A DNA stretch of 64,000 nt from Bdellovibrionales bacterium (GTDB taxonomy: Bacteria; Bdellovibrionota; Bdellovibrionia; Bdellovibrionales; UBA1609): assembly GCA_027317865.1 (NCBI GenBank), contig DAHVQG010000009.1, positions 64,001 through 128,000 on the forward strand, written 5' to 3'. Below the pieces are notes generated by a model that did not search any database, was not told where the DNA came from, and saw only the letters and a program-made list of their open reading frames with translations. Made by a program: the position numbers and the translations under genes. Below, piece after piece: positions 51,524-60,845 of this stretch; the stretch's first letter is position 1; each line of letters opens with the position of its first letter.

Positions 51524-52429
51524 ATGGTTGACTCAGAATTTTTGGATCTGATCTATGACTCTGCCCTCAAATCATTCTGGCGAATTAAGGCTCTAAAACG
51601 TTTTTTATCGTCAATTGGGATATCTGACGCATTCCTAACTGGTAACGGCGAGAAAGAACGGAAGCGCGATGTTTTGGACCGTGTTTTTGAAAAACTGCGC
51701 AAACACCCTAAAGGGCCAGCAGTATTTGAAGCGATGGCAACTAGTTTATCAGAGCGCACTGAATTTCCTGACTTGCAAAATTGGGAAGATTCCGATGACA
51801 AAATAAGGGAGGCTACATTAGCCAAGCTTAAACTGCGGAAGTACCTGAAAAGGCGAGAAGATAAAAGAAAGGATGAAAAGGAACAAGCAGCTGCACGGGA
51901 GCGAGATGCAAAACGTCGTGAAGAAATCGCGGCCCGGAATAACTCGCTTAGTAAATTGGAACATCGATTTAATGAACTAGCCAACAAAATTGGTACTGCT
52001 GCCGGAGGATACGAATTTCAAGAATGGTTTTATGACCTGCTCGATTTTTACGAGATTCAGTGCCGCCGTCCATATACGGTAGACGGGCGTCAAATTGACG
52101 GCTCCGTAACTGTAAGTGGCACTACCTATCTTGTTGAATTAAAATTTACTCAAGCGCAAATCGGCGCGACGGACGTGGACAGTTTGTTTAGAAAAGTTGA
52201 AACAAAAGCAGACAATACTATGGGGATTTTGGTTTCAGTTGCAGGGTACAGCTCAGTTGCAGTTAAAGAAGCGTCAAGAGCAAAAACTGTTTTGTTACTA
52301 TTAGATCATGGACACCTCATCGCGGCCCTACGCGGAACAGTTGATCTAGTGGACGTAATCGAGCGTGTTCGTCGACATGCCTCACAAACGGGCGAAGCAT
52401 TTTTACCAATACAAGAATTTGGAGGGTGA
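51524..52429 (+). CDS. Mrr-like PD-(D/E)xK restriction endonuclease domain protein
   Basis: GYEFQE, QIDG...YLVELKF, GILVSVAGYS; N-terminal helical domain and charged coiled coil. Confidence 0.75.
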   Translation: MVDSEFLDLIYDSALKSFWRIKALKRFLSSIGISDAFLTGNGEKERKRDVLDRVFEKLRKHPKGPAVFEAMATSLSERTEFPDLQNWEDSDDKIREATLAKLKLRKYLKRREDKRKDEKEQAAARERDAKRREEIAARNNSLSKLEHRFNELANKIGTAAGGYEFQEWFYDLLDFYEIQCRRPYTVDGRQIDGSVTVSGTTYLVELKFTQAQIGATDVDSLFRKVETKADNTMGILVSVAGYSSVAVKEASRAKTVLLLLDHGHLIAALRGTVDLVDVIERVRRHASQTGEAFLPIQEFGG

Positions 52430-52756
52430 TATAATGGCGGTACCTCGCCGGTTTGTGAAAATCCAATATCTTTTCTGTTGATGGTTTCCTCTTAGCAGTA
52501 ATGAAATAAATCTTAACTTCTGTTAAGACGCAAAAGCTGCTATAATTCGAATAAATAGTTATTGTTTTTCTGCTTGCATCGAGTCAGCGATTAATTTGAC
52601 GATAGCTTGGTTTCTTGCTACTAATATATTGTCTCCTACTACTTTTTTACTGCTAGTTTTCGACTAATTAATTGAGCAATTGTTTCTCTGCCCGGCTTTG
52701 GCCTTAGTGCCTCCGCTTATCCGCTATTCCTAAAAACAAAAATAAAGGAGGTTCTT

Positions 52757-53263
52757 TTGGATAAAGAATCAACGGATAGGTTTACCCTCACGTTATGGGG
52801 GTCGTTTGTCGGCTCGTGGCTACTCGTCTTTCTCATGATCATTAACGGTGCCGCAAGCTCTAGCAATCCCGCTTATGTGATCATCTCGGTAATACGCTGG
52901 ATGTTCACCGCTGGCGTCGGCGTTTGGTGCCTCGTTTGGGTGCTTTGCAAGTGGTTCCCCGAACACTTGGAGGCGTCAGCTAAAGAGGTGGAACGCAACA
53001 AGCAAGAGTACGAAAGCTTGATCAACCGGGAGGTCGAGCGACGGCTACAAGCAATCCGCGCAAGCGAGTGGAAAGCAAAAGAAGCCGAAAGGAGGCAAAA
53101 AGAACGCAGAGAAGCGCAAGAACGCTATCGGAGGGAACTCGAAGAAAAATGGCGAAAAGAGTTTGAGAAAAAACTCGAAGCTGAAATTCACGCGGTTCGT
53201 ACCGCAAGCGACGCCACCCAAGAAGCCGTGAGCGACTTCGTCGATGACGGAGGTGTTGCATGA
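52757..53263 (+). CDS. Membrane protein (2 TM) with charged coiled-coil tail
   Basis: AAGGAGG RBS, TTG start, ATGA overlap with the relaxase. Confidence 0.7.
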   Translation: MDKESTDRFTLTLWGSFVGSWLLVFLMIINGAASSSNPAYVIISVIRWMFTAGVGVWCLVWVLCKWFPEHLEASAKEVERNKQEYESLINREVERRLQAIRASEWKAKEAERRQKERREAQERYRRELEEKWRKEFEKKLEAEIHAVRTASDATQEAVSDFVDDGGVA

Positions 53264-54009
53264 TTGTAACTCAAAGAGACAAAGCGCTGTTTGAAAAACT
53301 CCATAGCTATGCGGTTATGACGACTCGTCAGGTGGCAAATACGGTCTTCCCAGGGATTGAACTCACAACGACTCTTCGTCGCCTACGCAAACTCGAAAGA
53401 GATAACTTTATAAAACGAAATACCGGGCTATCGACTTATGAGCACTCATGGACGCTCACCGAAAAGGGCGCAAAGCTTGTTTCAGATCGTCCACCAAGAT
53501 GGCAACAATCGCGCTATTTACTCGAACACGATACTAAGCTCACGGCTTTACGACTCGCACTCGAAAGCGCCGGCGTTGCTCAATCGTGGATTCCGGAGCA
53601 TGAAATCCGCTTCAAGGTTGCCTCAAGGCACGGACTCGAAGTTGCAAAAGATAAATTGATTCCTGATGGGATCATGGGCGTTGATTGGCAAGGATCGAAA
53701 GAGTCGATTGCGATTGAAGTGGAGCTTCACGGCAAAAACTCGCGTCGGTATTTCCGCAACTTTCACCAGTACAAATACAAGCAAAACATACTTGGCGTGT
53801 GGTATCTGACCCCAACTCCTACTCTTGCGCGGACAATCGAAAAGCTATGGATCAGAGAAGTCGGCATGAATCGAAAACCGTTTTTCTACTGGTCTTTGAT
53901 CGATGAAGTGATTGAAAAACCGCTCGAAGCAATCGTTCGCTCAGGAAAAGATCGCAATGCCTTACCGCTTATTTGGCGACCTGGAGGTGCGCTTGCAAAA
54001 CTAAACTAG
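53260..54009 (+). CDS. Replication-relaxation (Replic_Relax) family protein
   Basis: N-terminal wHTH (TQRD..., RRLRKL, LTEKG), LEHD, then IPDG...IAIEVEL..K..RY. Confidence 0.8.
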   Translation: MIVTQRDKALFEKLHSYAVMTTRQVANTVFPGIELTTTLRRLRKLERDNFIKRNTGLSTYEHSWTLTEKGAKLVSDRPPRWQQSRYLLEHDTKLTALRLALESAGVAQSWIPEHEIRFKVASRHGLEVAKDKLIPDGIMGVDWQGSKESIAIEVELHGKNSRRYFRNFHQYKYKQNILGVWYLTPTPTLARTIEKLWIREVGMNRKPFFYWSLIDEVIEKPLEAIVRSGKDRNALPLIWRPGGALAKLN

Positions 54010-54104
54010 GTTGCTCATACCCCTGCTCACCCACTGAGCAACTTTGTCGCTTGTTTTTTGCTTTGAAGTTTACAATTAACTGCTGAATTTCGTTAATCAA
54101 CTTG

Positions 54105-54209
54105 CGCACCCGCATTGTGAGATAAAAACCGCCTGCACCCGTGACCACCCTCCCCCTACAACGGTGAAGGGTGGTCACGGCTTACGGCGGTAAAAACAAT
54201 GCGGGTGCG
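54105..54209. repeat. Nested long inverted repeat (candidate oriT/single-strand origin)
   Basis: Perfect arms of 14 bp (54105-18/54196-209), 6 bp (54128-33/54186-91) and 13 bp (54139-51/54168-80). Confidence 0.75.
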
Positions 54210-54266
54210 AAACAGAAAACAATTAAAGAAGAGGTTTAAGTAACAGAATTAACAAAGAGGTAAAGC

Positions 54267-54452
54267 ATGAGAAAGAAATGGGAATGTACCCAAATCAATA
54301 TCTGCTCTACTGCTATATCTGCTGAAGAATATAATCTACTAGTTGATGAATGGGCCCAGGCGGTCTATCGTCATTTTTGCCAGCTTTCGTCAGCTAAAAT
54401 CGAGGCTCCTGAAACTCAAATGCCATCCGTGGCAGAAAGTGCAGGTGCCTAA
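54267..54452 (+). CDS. Small hypothetical protein directly upstream of the recombinase
   Basis: GAGG RBS; its TAA abuts the recombinase ATG. Confidence 0.55.
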   Translation: MRKKWECTQINICSTAISAEEYNLLVDEWAQAVYRHFCQLSSAKIEAPETQMPSVAESAGA

Positions 54453-56156
54453 ATGAACACAAATAAAAATAAGCAATTTAAGATTGGGCTTTATATTCGG
54501 GTCAGTACCGAAGAACAGGCCGAAAATCCTGAAGGCTCAATTCGCAATCAAGAAGATCGTCTTCGAAGTGCTGTCGAATATAAAAATCGCTATGGTAGTT
54601 TCGGTAAGATCCAAGGCGTTTATGTCGATGCCGGCATCTCAGCAAAAGACATGAAGCGACCCCAGCTTCAAGAACTACTTAAAGCCGTTCGAGCCCAAGA
54701 GATTGATCTCGTCATGGTGACAGAACTTTCGCGTCTTTCGCGTAACACCCGCGACTTTATCGACATGTGGGACATGATGCGCGATAATGGCTGTCAGTTT
54801 ACAAGTCTTCGCGAAGACTTTGACACGACAAATGCGGCCGGCGAACTTGTGCTTTTTCAGCTCATGAACTTGGCACAATTTGAAAGACGCCAAACATCTG
54901 AGCGCGTTCAAGCCAACATGCTCGCCCGCGCAGCCCGCGGTCTTTATAACGGCGGCATCGTGCCGGTCGGCTACAAACTGATACCTGACAAGCCTGGTTA
55001 CCTTGAGATCGATGAGCTAATGGCGGCAATGGTGCGCGAAGCTTATGCGGCTTACTTACGCGAAGGGTGCCTGTCGAAGGCAGCGCTTTGGCTCAATGAG
55101 CAAGGTTATCAACTAAAAAAGCAAACCCAAGGCGGTGGCAATTATAAACGCTGCGGTCATTTTACGACTGACAACCTTCAAGGAATGCTTCGCCTCAAAG
55201 CTTACGTCGGCATTAAAACCTACACGCAAAAAGGTGAAACCAAAGAAGTGAAAGCGGTTTGGCCGCCGATCATTGACGTTCACACCTTTAAACGAGTCAA
55301 TAAACAACTCGATTTAAATAAGGCGAATTACAAGCCTTATAAAGAAGGTCGCTTCCCTTATCTTTTATCAGGCATGGTCCACTGCAAAACTTGTAAAAGC
55401 ATGATGCCTGGCAAATCTGCGACCGGTTCGAGAGGCAAAATCGGTTACCATGAGCACAGTTGGAACACCAAACGAGACTCAACTCTAAAAACAAAGCAAT
55501 TTCAATGTAACCCGATTCGCATCCCTTCAAGAAAACTCGATCCGCTCGTCTGGGAGAAAACCGTGGCTTTCGTTACCGATCCGATATTTATGGGCCAGGT
55601 TCTTGAAAAAGTACGAAAGCATCACGGCAATAATCCGCGGCAAAAAGATCGCGAGCGCATCAACGCTAAAATTCGAAGTATTCAAACCCAGGTCGATGCA
55701 CTGGCCGAACGACTCTCGGAGTTACCTAAGAACGTGTCGGCTGGACCGATCTATAAACAAATGGCAAAGCTTCAAGAAGTTATGGCCGAGTATGAGAATC
55801 AGCTTAAACAATTACAAAACGGTGGCAGAACGACTTACGACCGAATCGTGGGGCTTGATACCCTCGAATCGTTTGCTCGCTACTACAAAAACTTCGTGAT
55901 GAATAACACAACGTTTATTCACCGAAAGGAACTCGTTAAAAAGTTTATTAGCCGGGTTGAGGTAAGTGAGAATTCCGTCGACATCCATTTCATCGCTGAT
56001 AAAGATTACTACAGGCATGAGCTCGGCCTCCTTGCATCGCGCAAGGGGGCTCGAGGCCCTTATGGGCGGCCTCAGTTTGTGCCGTTAGAGCTTTCTGAAA
56101 ATTCTGTGCGTGACGGTTCTTCTACCTTGACTCTTGGTGCCCCGGGCCGGACTTGA
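54453..56156 (+). CDS. Large serine recombinase (integrase)
   Basis: YIRVSTEEQ catalytic Ser, D.GISA...RP.LQ, SRLSRN, AQFER, recombinase domain, CKTC zinc ribbon, coiled coil. Confidence 0.93.
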   Translation: MNTNKNKQFKIGLYIRVSTEEQAENPEGSIRNQEDRLRSAVEYKNRYGSFGKIQGVYVDAGISAKDMKRPQLQELLKAVRAQEIDLVMVTELSRLSRNTRDFIDMWDMMRDNGCQFTSLREDFDTTNAAGELVLFQLMNLAQFERRQTSERVQANMLARAARGLYNGGIVPVGYKLIPDKPGYLEIDELMAAMVREAYAAYLREGCLSKAALWLNEQGYQLKKQTQGGGNYKRCGHFTTDNLQGMLRLKAYVGIKTYTQKGETKEVKAVWPPIIDVHTFKRVNKQLDLNKANYKPYKEGRFPYLLSGMVHCKTCKSMMPGKSATGSRGKIGYHEHSWNTKRDSTLKTKQFQCNPIRIPSRKLDPLVWEKTVAFVTDPIFMGQVLEKVRKHHGNNPRQKDRERINAKIRSIQTQVDALAERLSELPKNVSAGPIYKQMAKLQEVMAEYENQLKQLQNGGRTTYDRIVGLDTLESFARYYKNFVMNNTTFIHRKELVKKFISRVEVSENSVDIHFIADKDYYRHELGLLASRKGARGPYGRPQFVPLELSENSVRDGSSTLTLGAPGRT

Positions 56157-56227
56157 ACCGGCACGCCCGTTATACACGAAGCCCAGGATTTTAAGTCCTG
56201 TGCGTCTACCAATTTCGCCACCGGGGC
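56135..56227 (-). tRNA. tRNA-Leu (anticodon TAA)
   Basis: GCCCCGG/CCGGGGC acceptor stem, encoded CCA, TGGTAGAC D-loop, CTTAAAA anticodon loop, long variable arm, GGTTCAAGTCC T-arm. Confidence 0.95.
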
Positions 56228-56436
56228 CAAAGCGCGCGCGGCTCGTGCGTATTAAAGCAACTTGCGTCAGGCGCGAAAAAAATCGATATAATCCCAAACA
56301 ATCGCGGCTTGATTGGCATAAGACAACCCTCGACTCATCGTTTAATCTACAGTTTATTCAGTTGAACGAACCGCCTCCCCGACCCGATCATCAAAACGAG
56401 GAGGCCGATAGCGGAATTAGTCCTATCGCGTGCTTC

Positions 56437-57141
56437 ATGAGCGATTTCTTTTGGGCCTTTAAAAAAACCAACAAATACTTCTGGCCAGTTCTGAAACGAA
56501 GCTGGGTTTGGTTATTAGGCGTAACAATTTGCAGTGAAGCCATGTACCAGTATTTCACTTACATTGCACAAAATTATCGTCCGCCTTCCGGAGTGAATAT
56601 TCCCGCGACCTTGGGCGATTTGGTTGCTTCACTCCTTGAGTTTATAGTCTTGACGATGCTCATCCCACAGCGAGTGATGGAGCTCGATCGTAATGACCCA
56701 CCTCAAAGTTTTATTGGGTTTGCGAAGAAATACATCAAACCACTTACAGCTGAGAGTCTGCGCGCGCTAGCCATGACGATATTGTGGACGCTCGTGTTTA
56801 TTGTGCCCGGTATTTTTAAATATGTTCGCTATTTTTTGGTGGGATATGTCGTCGTGGCTGATCCGGAATACGAAGCCGGTAACGTCGATGCGCTGAAGGA
56901 GTCTAACCGGTTAGTCAAAGGTATCACGATCGAACTGTTCATATTCGTTGTCATTTTGATATTTCTTGACAGTTGGCAATCAACTCTGCGAGAACACGAC
57001 CCCTTCACCACGGCTCCTGTGGTCGCTGCGCTGGCTACTGTTGTATTTTTCTTTTTGAATTATTATGCCAACGTCTTTCTTTTCATGCTATATCAGTCGC
57101 GCAAGTTGCGCTTGGGTCATTCGGTGACCGCCGAATCTTGA
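56437..57141 (+). CDS. Hypothetical multi-pass membrane protein (DUF975-like)
   Basis: LWTLVFIVPGI...DALKESNRLVKG motif; start placed at MSDFF, clear of the tRNA. Confidence 0.7.
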   Translation: MSDFFWAFKKTNKYFWPVLKRSWVWLLGVTICSEAMYQYFTYIAQNYRPPSGVNIPATLGDLVASLLEFIVLTMLIPQRVMELDRNDPPQSFIGFAKKYIKPLTAESLRALAMTILWTLVFIVPGIFKYVRYFLVGYVVVADPEYEAGNVDALKESNRLVKGITIELFIFVVILIFLDSWQSTLREHDPFTTAPVVAALATVVFFFLNYYANVFLFMLYQSRKLRLGHSVTAES

Positions 57142-57156
57142 AGCAAGGGAGCCAAA

Positions 57157-58200
57157 ATGGGTTTAATGTTTAAATGGAAAGATATTAAAAATCGCGATCG
57201 CGGCCTAACATTTGACGATGTCCTCATCATACCTCAGAAATCGGATGTACGATCGCGGCAGCAGCCGGAACTGTCGACACGATTGACCAAGAAACTTCGC
57301 ATACAAAAGCCGTTTATATCGGCAAATATGGATACTGTAACAGAAGCCAACATGGCCATTGCCATGAACAAAGAAGGCGCAGTTGGAATTCTTCATCGCT
57401 TTATGTCGATCTCTGATCAAGTGCACGAAGTGCAAGCGCTCAAAGCATCGGGTGCAACCATCGTTGCGGCTAGTGTCGGGGTAAATGGCGATACCCGAGA
57501 CCGTGCGAAAGCACTTGTCGATTCGGGAGTAAATCTTTTAACAATCGACATTGCACATGGACATTCCGTAGCGATGCTTGAGACACTCAAATGGCTTAAA
57601 GATACATACCCTTCAATCGAAGTAATAGCCGGTAATATCGCAAGCCCGCAAGCGGCACGCGATTTATGCGAGGCCGGTGCCGACGCTATTAAGGTTGGCA
57701 TTGGCCCTGGTTCGATGTGTACAACACGAATTATTACGGGTTGCGGTGTTCCGCAATTAACGGCGATTGCGTTGTGCGCCGAAGTTGCGATCGACATGGG
57801 CGTACCCCTAATAGCGGACGGCGGAATTAAAACATCCGGCGACATTGTAAAGGCACTTGCGTGCGGGGCGGACAGCGTTATGCTTGGCTCATTGCTTTCA
57901 GGCACGCTTGAAACTCCCGGCGCAATTCGGCACGGCAAAAAGCAATATCGCGGGATGGCCTCAAAAGCCGCGCAAGTATCATGGCGTGGTGAAGTCCCGG
58001 AAGGGATGGCTCCCGAAGGCGAGTCGACCTATGTCGCAATCAAAGGTCACGTGAGTGATATTGTTCGTGAACTCGCTGGCGGCGTGCGATCGGGGATGAG
58101 TTATATAAACGCACTACGTGTCGAAGAAATCCGCGAACACACCCAATTTATTGAGATGTCGCCGCTCGGTTTACGTGAATCTCATGCCCACGGACTCTAA
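57157..58200 (+). CDS. IMPDH/GMP reductase family protein without CBS domains (GMP reductase-like)
   Basis: [40 protein letters not shown]; no Arg-Tyr flap dyad. Confidence 0.85.
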   Translation: MGLMFKWKDIKNRDRGLTFDDVLIIPQKSDVRSRQQPELSTRLTKKLRIQKPFISANMDTVTEANMAIAMNKEGAVGILHRFMSISDQVHEVQALKASGATIVAASVGVNGDTRDRAKALVDSGVNLLTIDIAHGHSVAMLETLKWLKDTYPSIEVIAGNIASPQAARDLCEAGADAIKVGIGPGSMCTTRIITGCGVPQLTAIALCAEVAIDMGVPLIADGGIKTSGDIVKALACGADSVMLGSLLSGTLETPGAIRHGKKQYRGMASKAAQVSWRGEVPEGMAPEGESTYVAIKGHVSDIVRELAGGVRSGMSYINALRVEEIREHTQFIEMSPLGLRESHAHGL

Positions 58201-58987
58201 TTTACCCATTGGTGTATTTGATTCGGGGCTCGGAGGTCTGACTGTTCTTCGCCACTTGAGCAAGCGGTTTGCAAACGAAGACTTTATTTATCTTGGCGAC
58301 ACAGCTCGCATTCCATACGGCTCAAAATCGCCGCGCACAATTCAAAAATATTTGGCCCAAAACCTCGCGTTTTTTACACGCATGCCGGTTAAGGCTGTCG
58401 TCGTTGCGTGCAATTCCGCGTCGACTCAAGTTTCGTTTGTGAACAGTACTGTTCCGATTTACGACGTAATTACCCCCGGAGCACTTCGCGCTTCAATAAC
58501 CAGTAAGAATTCTCGCATTGGAGTCGTTGCCACCCGCGCGACAGTCATGAGCGAATGTTACCCCAAAGAAATTCATAAATTGAAGCCAGGAGTTCAGGTT
58601 TTTCAACAAGCATGCCCGCTGCTTGTTCCGCTTGTAGAAGAAGGCTGGGATGACGACCCGATCACGAATCTCATCGTGTACCGCTATGTTTCACCGCTTC
58701 TGACAGCCAATATCGACACTTTGATATTAGGCTGCACGCATTACCCGATTTTGAAAAATGCTTTTGCTAAAGTCTTAGGCGAGCGCGTGCAAACGGTGGA
58801 TTCGGCCGAATCGATAGGCGATTTAATTGAACGCGATTTTCAATTGCATAAGTTACCGGTTAAAGAAGCCGGAACTGGCGGCATAATTCGTCTATTTGCA
58901 ACAGACATCTCAGACACATTTGAAACACTTGCCAAGCGCATCTTAGGGCCGGCAACAATCGTACAACTTGAACTCGCCGAAATTTAA
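58184..58987 (+). CDS. murI: Glutamate racemase
   Basis: GVFDSGLGGLTV, PYG, ACNSAS, LGCTHY. Confidence 0.95.
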   Translation: MPTDSNLPIGVFDSGLGGLTVLRHLSKRFANEDFIYLGDTARIPYGSKSPRTIQKYLAQNLAFFTRMPVKAVVVACNSASTQVSFVNSTVPIYDVITPGALRASITSKNSRIGVVATRATVMSECYPKEIHKLKPGVQVFQQACPLLVPLVEEGWDDDPITNLIVYRYVSPLLTANIDTLILGCTHYPILKNAFAKVLGERVQTVDSAESIGDLIERDFQLHKLPVKEAGTGGIIRLFATDISDTFETLAKRILGPATIVQLELAEI

Positions 58988-59123
58988 ATATGGTTTCGAA
59001 TTAATCAGCAACCGGCCCGGTCAATTTTACCTGCCTGTCAAAAATCGTAACAGTCGCGGCGCGAGTGCCAATTTGATATATTAGCGGCGCTTCGTTAATG
59101 ACCGATTTTTAAAGGAGTCTTAT

Positions 59124-60845
59124 ATGACGACCTTTTCGCTTCGCAAACTTTTAACTCTGACGCTGTCCACTTCGATTTTGTTTTCGATTCCCATCACGCC
59201 TCGCGCTGGGGCCGAAGGAACTCAAAACGCTCCGGCTATTACCGAGTGCCCAAAAATACTTTTAGGGGGCCCGTTTCCGACCCTCGTTAGGCAGATTGTC
59301 GAGGCCGATCCATCCGAATCAGGCATTTTGTCAGTTTTGGTCTCGGGCGGATTAATCTCTTCCCGTTTGTTTCGCGAAGCGGTTGCGTCGGTTCTGGCTG
59401 ACCACGGCGTGGTGACTCCGATTTCAAATAGTTTCAAATCTCATAGGCTATATGTGAAAAATCTGATGCGATTTGTGACCAACCTCAACAGCGGCGACTC
59501 GAAGGCAAAACTGTTTGATTTTATGGTGAACGTTTTGAATAAAGAGCGATTTATCGCCAATCAAAATATGTTCAAGGCAAGCCCCGCTTCAGTTGTACGC
59601 GGTCATCAAGTCGCGCTGCTTGTAAACACGCTCATACAAAAAGGCGACCAACCGGCATTTAGACAGACATACATAGATGTTGCTGAAAATGCGGTGGCAT
59701 CTTTTGCGCTGTCTGCGGCCACAGACTTGACTCGTGTTTTAGATAAAACAAAAAATACCACTTCTCGCGCCATACTAAAAATCGCCAGCACACTCGCCGG
59801 CGGAAGTTTATTGGGCGCCATTTGGGGTCATTTTCACGGTGGCGGTACAAATGCCGCAAGAGACGCGTCAACCGGTTTGATGCTTGGGGCTTACGGTTTT
59901 ATGGCCTACGCTGCACGACGAACCTTTAATCGATATTATTCCGTTTCAGGTTATAACGTTAATGCGGTCATGCTTCGACACAAAGCTCAAGCCCGCGTAC
60001 GCGAAATTGCGCAATTATCAAATGACGATTTCGAGCATTTAGAAAAGGCACTTGATGATTTAGGTGAAGTTACGATGACAATGCTCGGGTCAAATGCCTG
60101 TAAAACCGCTAAGACTTGTGAGCTGCCGCCGATTCAACTCGCGTATTTAGGCGAAGTTGAGTCCGTCGAAATTAACGGTTGGATAAATCGATTAAAGCAA
60201 ATCAGTTCGTACGAAAGAATTCGAAGCAACAATAACACCGTAGGCGTATTTAAGAACGGTAGTTTTACTTTTAGTGAATCATTTATTAATAATTTACGAG
60301 CCGTCGAGTATGACACGGAAAACAGTACCGCCCAGAGTAATTTGGTCACTTCGATTCGTAGTACGCATAAGGTTGCCATCCAATCTGAAAAAACGATGAC
60401 TGCCCTTTTAGGGTTACTATCAAGACGCATAAAAACAATTCGGACAGCAGTCAAAATATTTCGCCGGCAAGTTGCGGCAGCGGGTCCAGACCGGTTGACA
60501 CAAAACCTAAAATATCAAATTTTACAATCGCGACTCGACCAGGTTCTTACGGAAATAAGCAAAATAAAATTAGAACGGCCAATATATCGAACGGCGATAG
60601 ACCGGCGCGAACAAATTGCCAAATTGACTGCAAATTGGCTTCGCGACATTCCATCAGATTCACCTGCTGGAGTTATATCTGAGGCTGAAACCACTTGGCA
60701 ATGGCGCGCTTTTGCCAAAAAAGTTCGAAAGGACATCGAACATATAAACAAGTTTGATATGGAGTTTAATCCGTCGACGGCGAATGCGTCTGGGCTGAAT
60801 GTAGTTCACCGCCCTCTTGGTCGCGTATCGGCATCCATGCGGTGA
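59124..60845 (+). CDS. Secreted/membrane hypothetical protein
   Basis: AAGGAG RBS, signal peptide, ECPKIL motif, central Gly-rich hydrophobic hairpin, helical C-terminus. Confidence 0.7.
   Translation: MTTFSLRKLLTLTLSTSILFSIPITPRAGAEGTQNAPAITECPKILLGGPFPTLVRQIVEADPSESGILSVLVSGGLISSRLFREAVASVLADHGVVTPISNSFKSHRLYVKNLMRFVTNLNSGDSKAKLFDFMVNVLNKERFIANQNMFKASPASVVRGHQVALLVNTLIQKGDQPAFRQTYIDVAENAVASFALSAATDLTRVLDKTKNTTSRAILKIASTLAGGSLLGAIWGHFHGGGTNAARDASTGLMLGAYGFMAYAARRTFNRYYSVSGYNVNAVMLRHKAQARVREIAQLSNDDFEHLEKALDDLGEVTMTMLGSNACKTAKTCELPPIQLAYLGEVESVEINGWINRLKQISSYERIRSNNNTVGVFKNGSFTFSESFINNLRAVEYDTENSTAQSNLVTSIRSTHKVAIQSEKTMTALLGLLSRRIKTIRTAVKIFRRQVAAAGPDRLTQNLKYQILQSRLDQVLTEISKIKLERPIYRTAIDRREQIAKLTANWLRDIPSDSPAGVISEAETTWQWRAFAKKVRKDIEHINKFDMEFNPSTANASGLNVVHRPLGRVSASMR

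Larger units (their letters stand above)
48011..56142. mobile_element. Integrative (mobilizable) element at tRNA-Leu with serine recombinase and Replic_Relax relaxase
   Basis: TGGTGCCC at both ends (48011-18 and 56135-42, the latter being the tRNA 3' end); recombinase, relaxase and defence-like cargo lie between. Confidence 0.75.

Noticed and set aside
56134-56436. N-terminal 101 codons of the 335-aa ORF 56134..57141
   Set aside because: Runs antisense through tRNA-Leu and its upstream region; the protein-like part starts at ATG 56437
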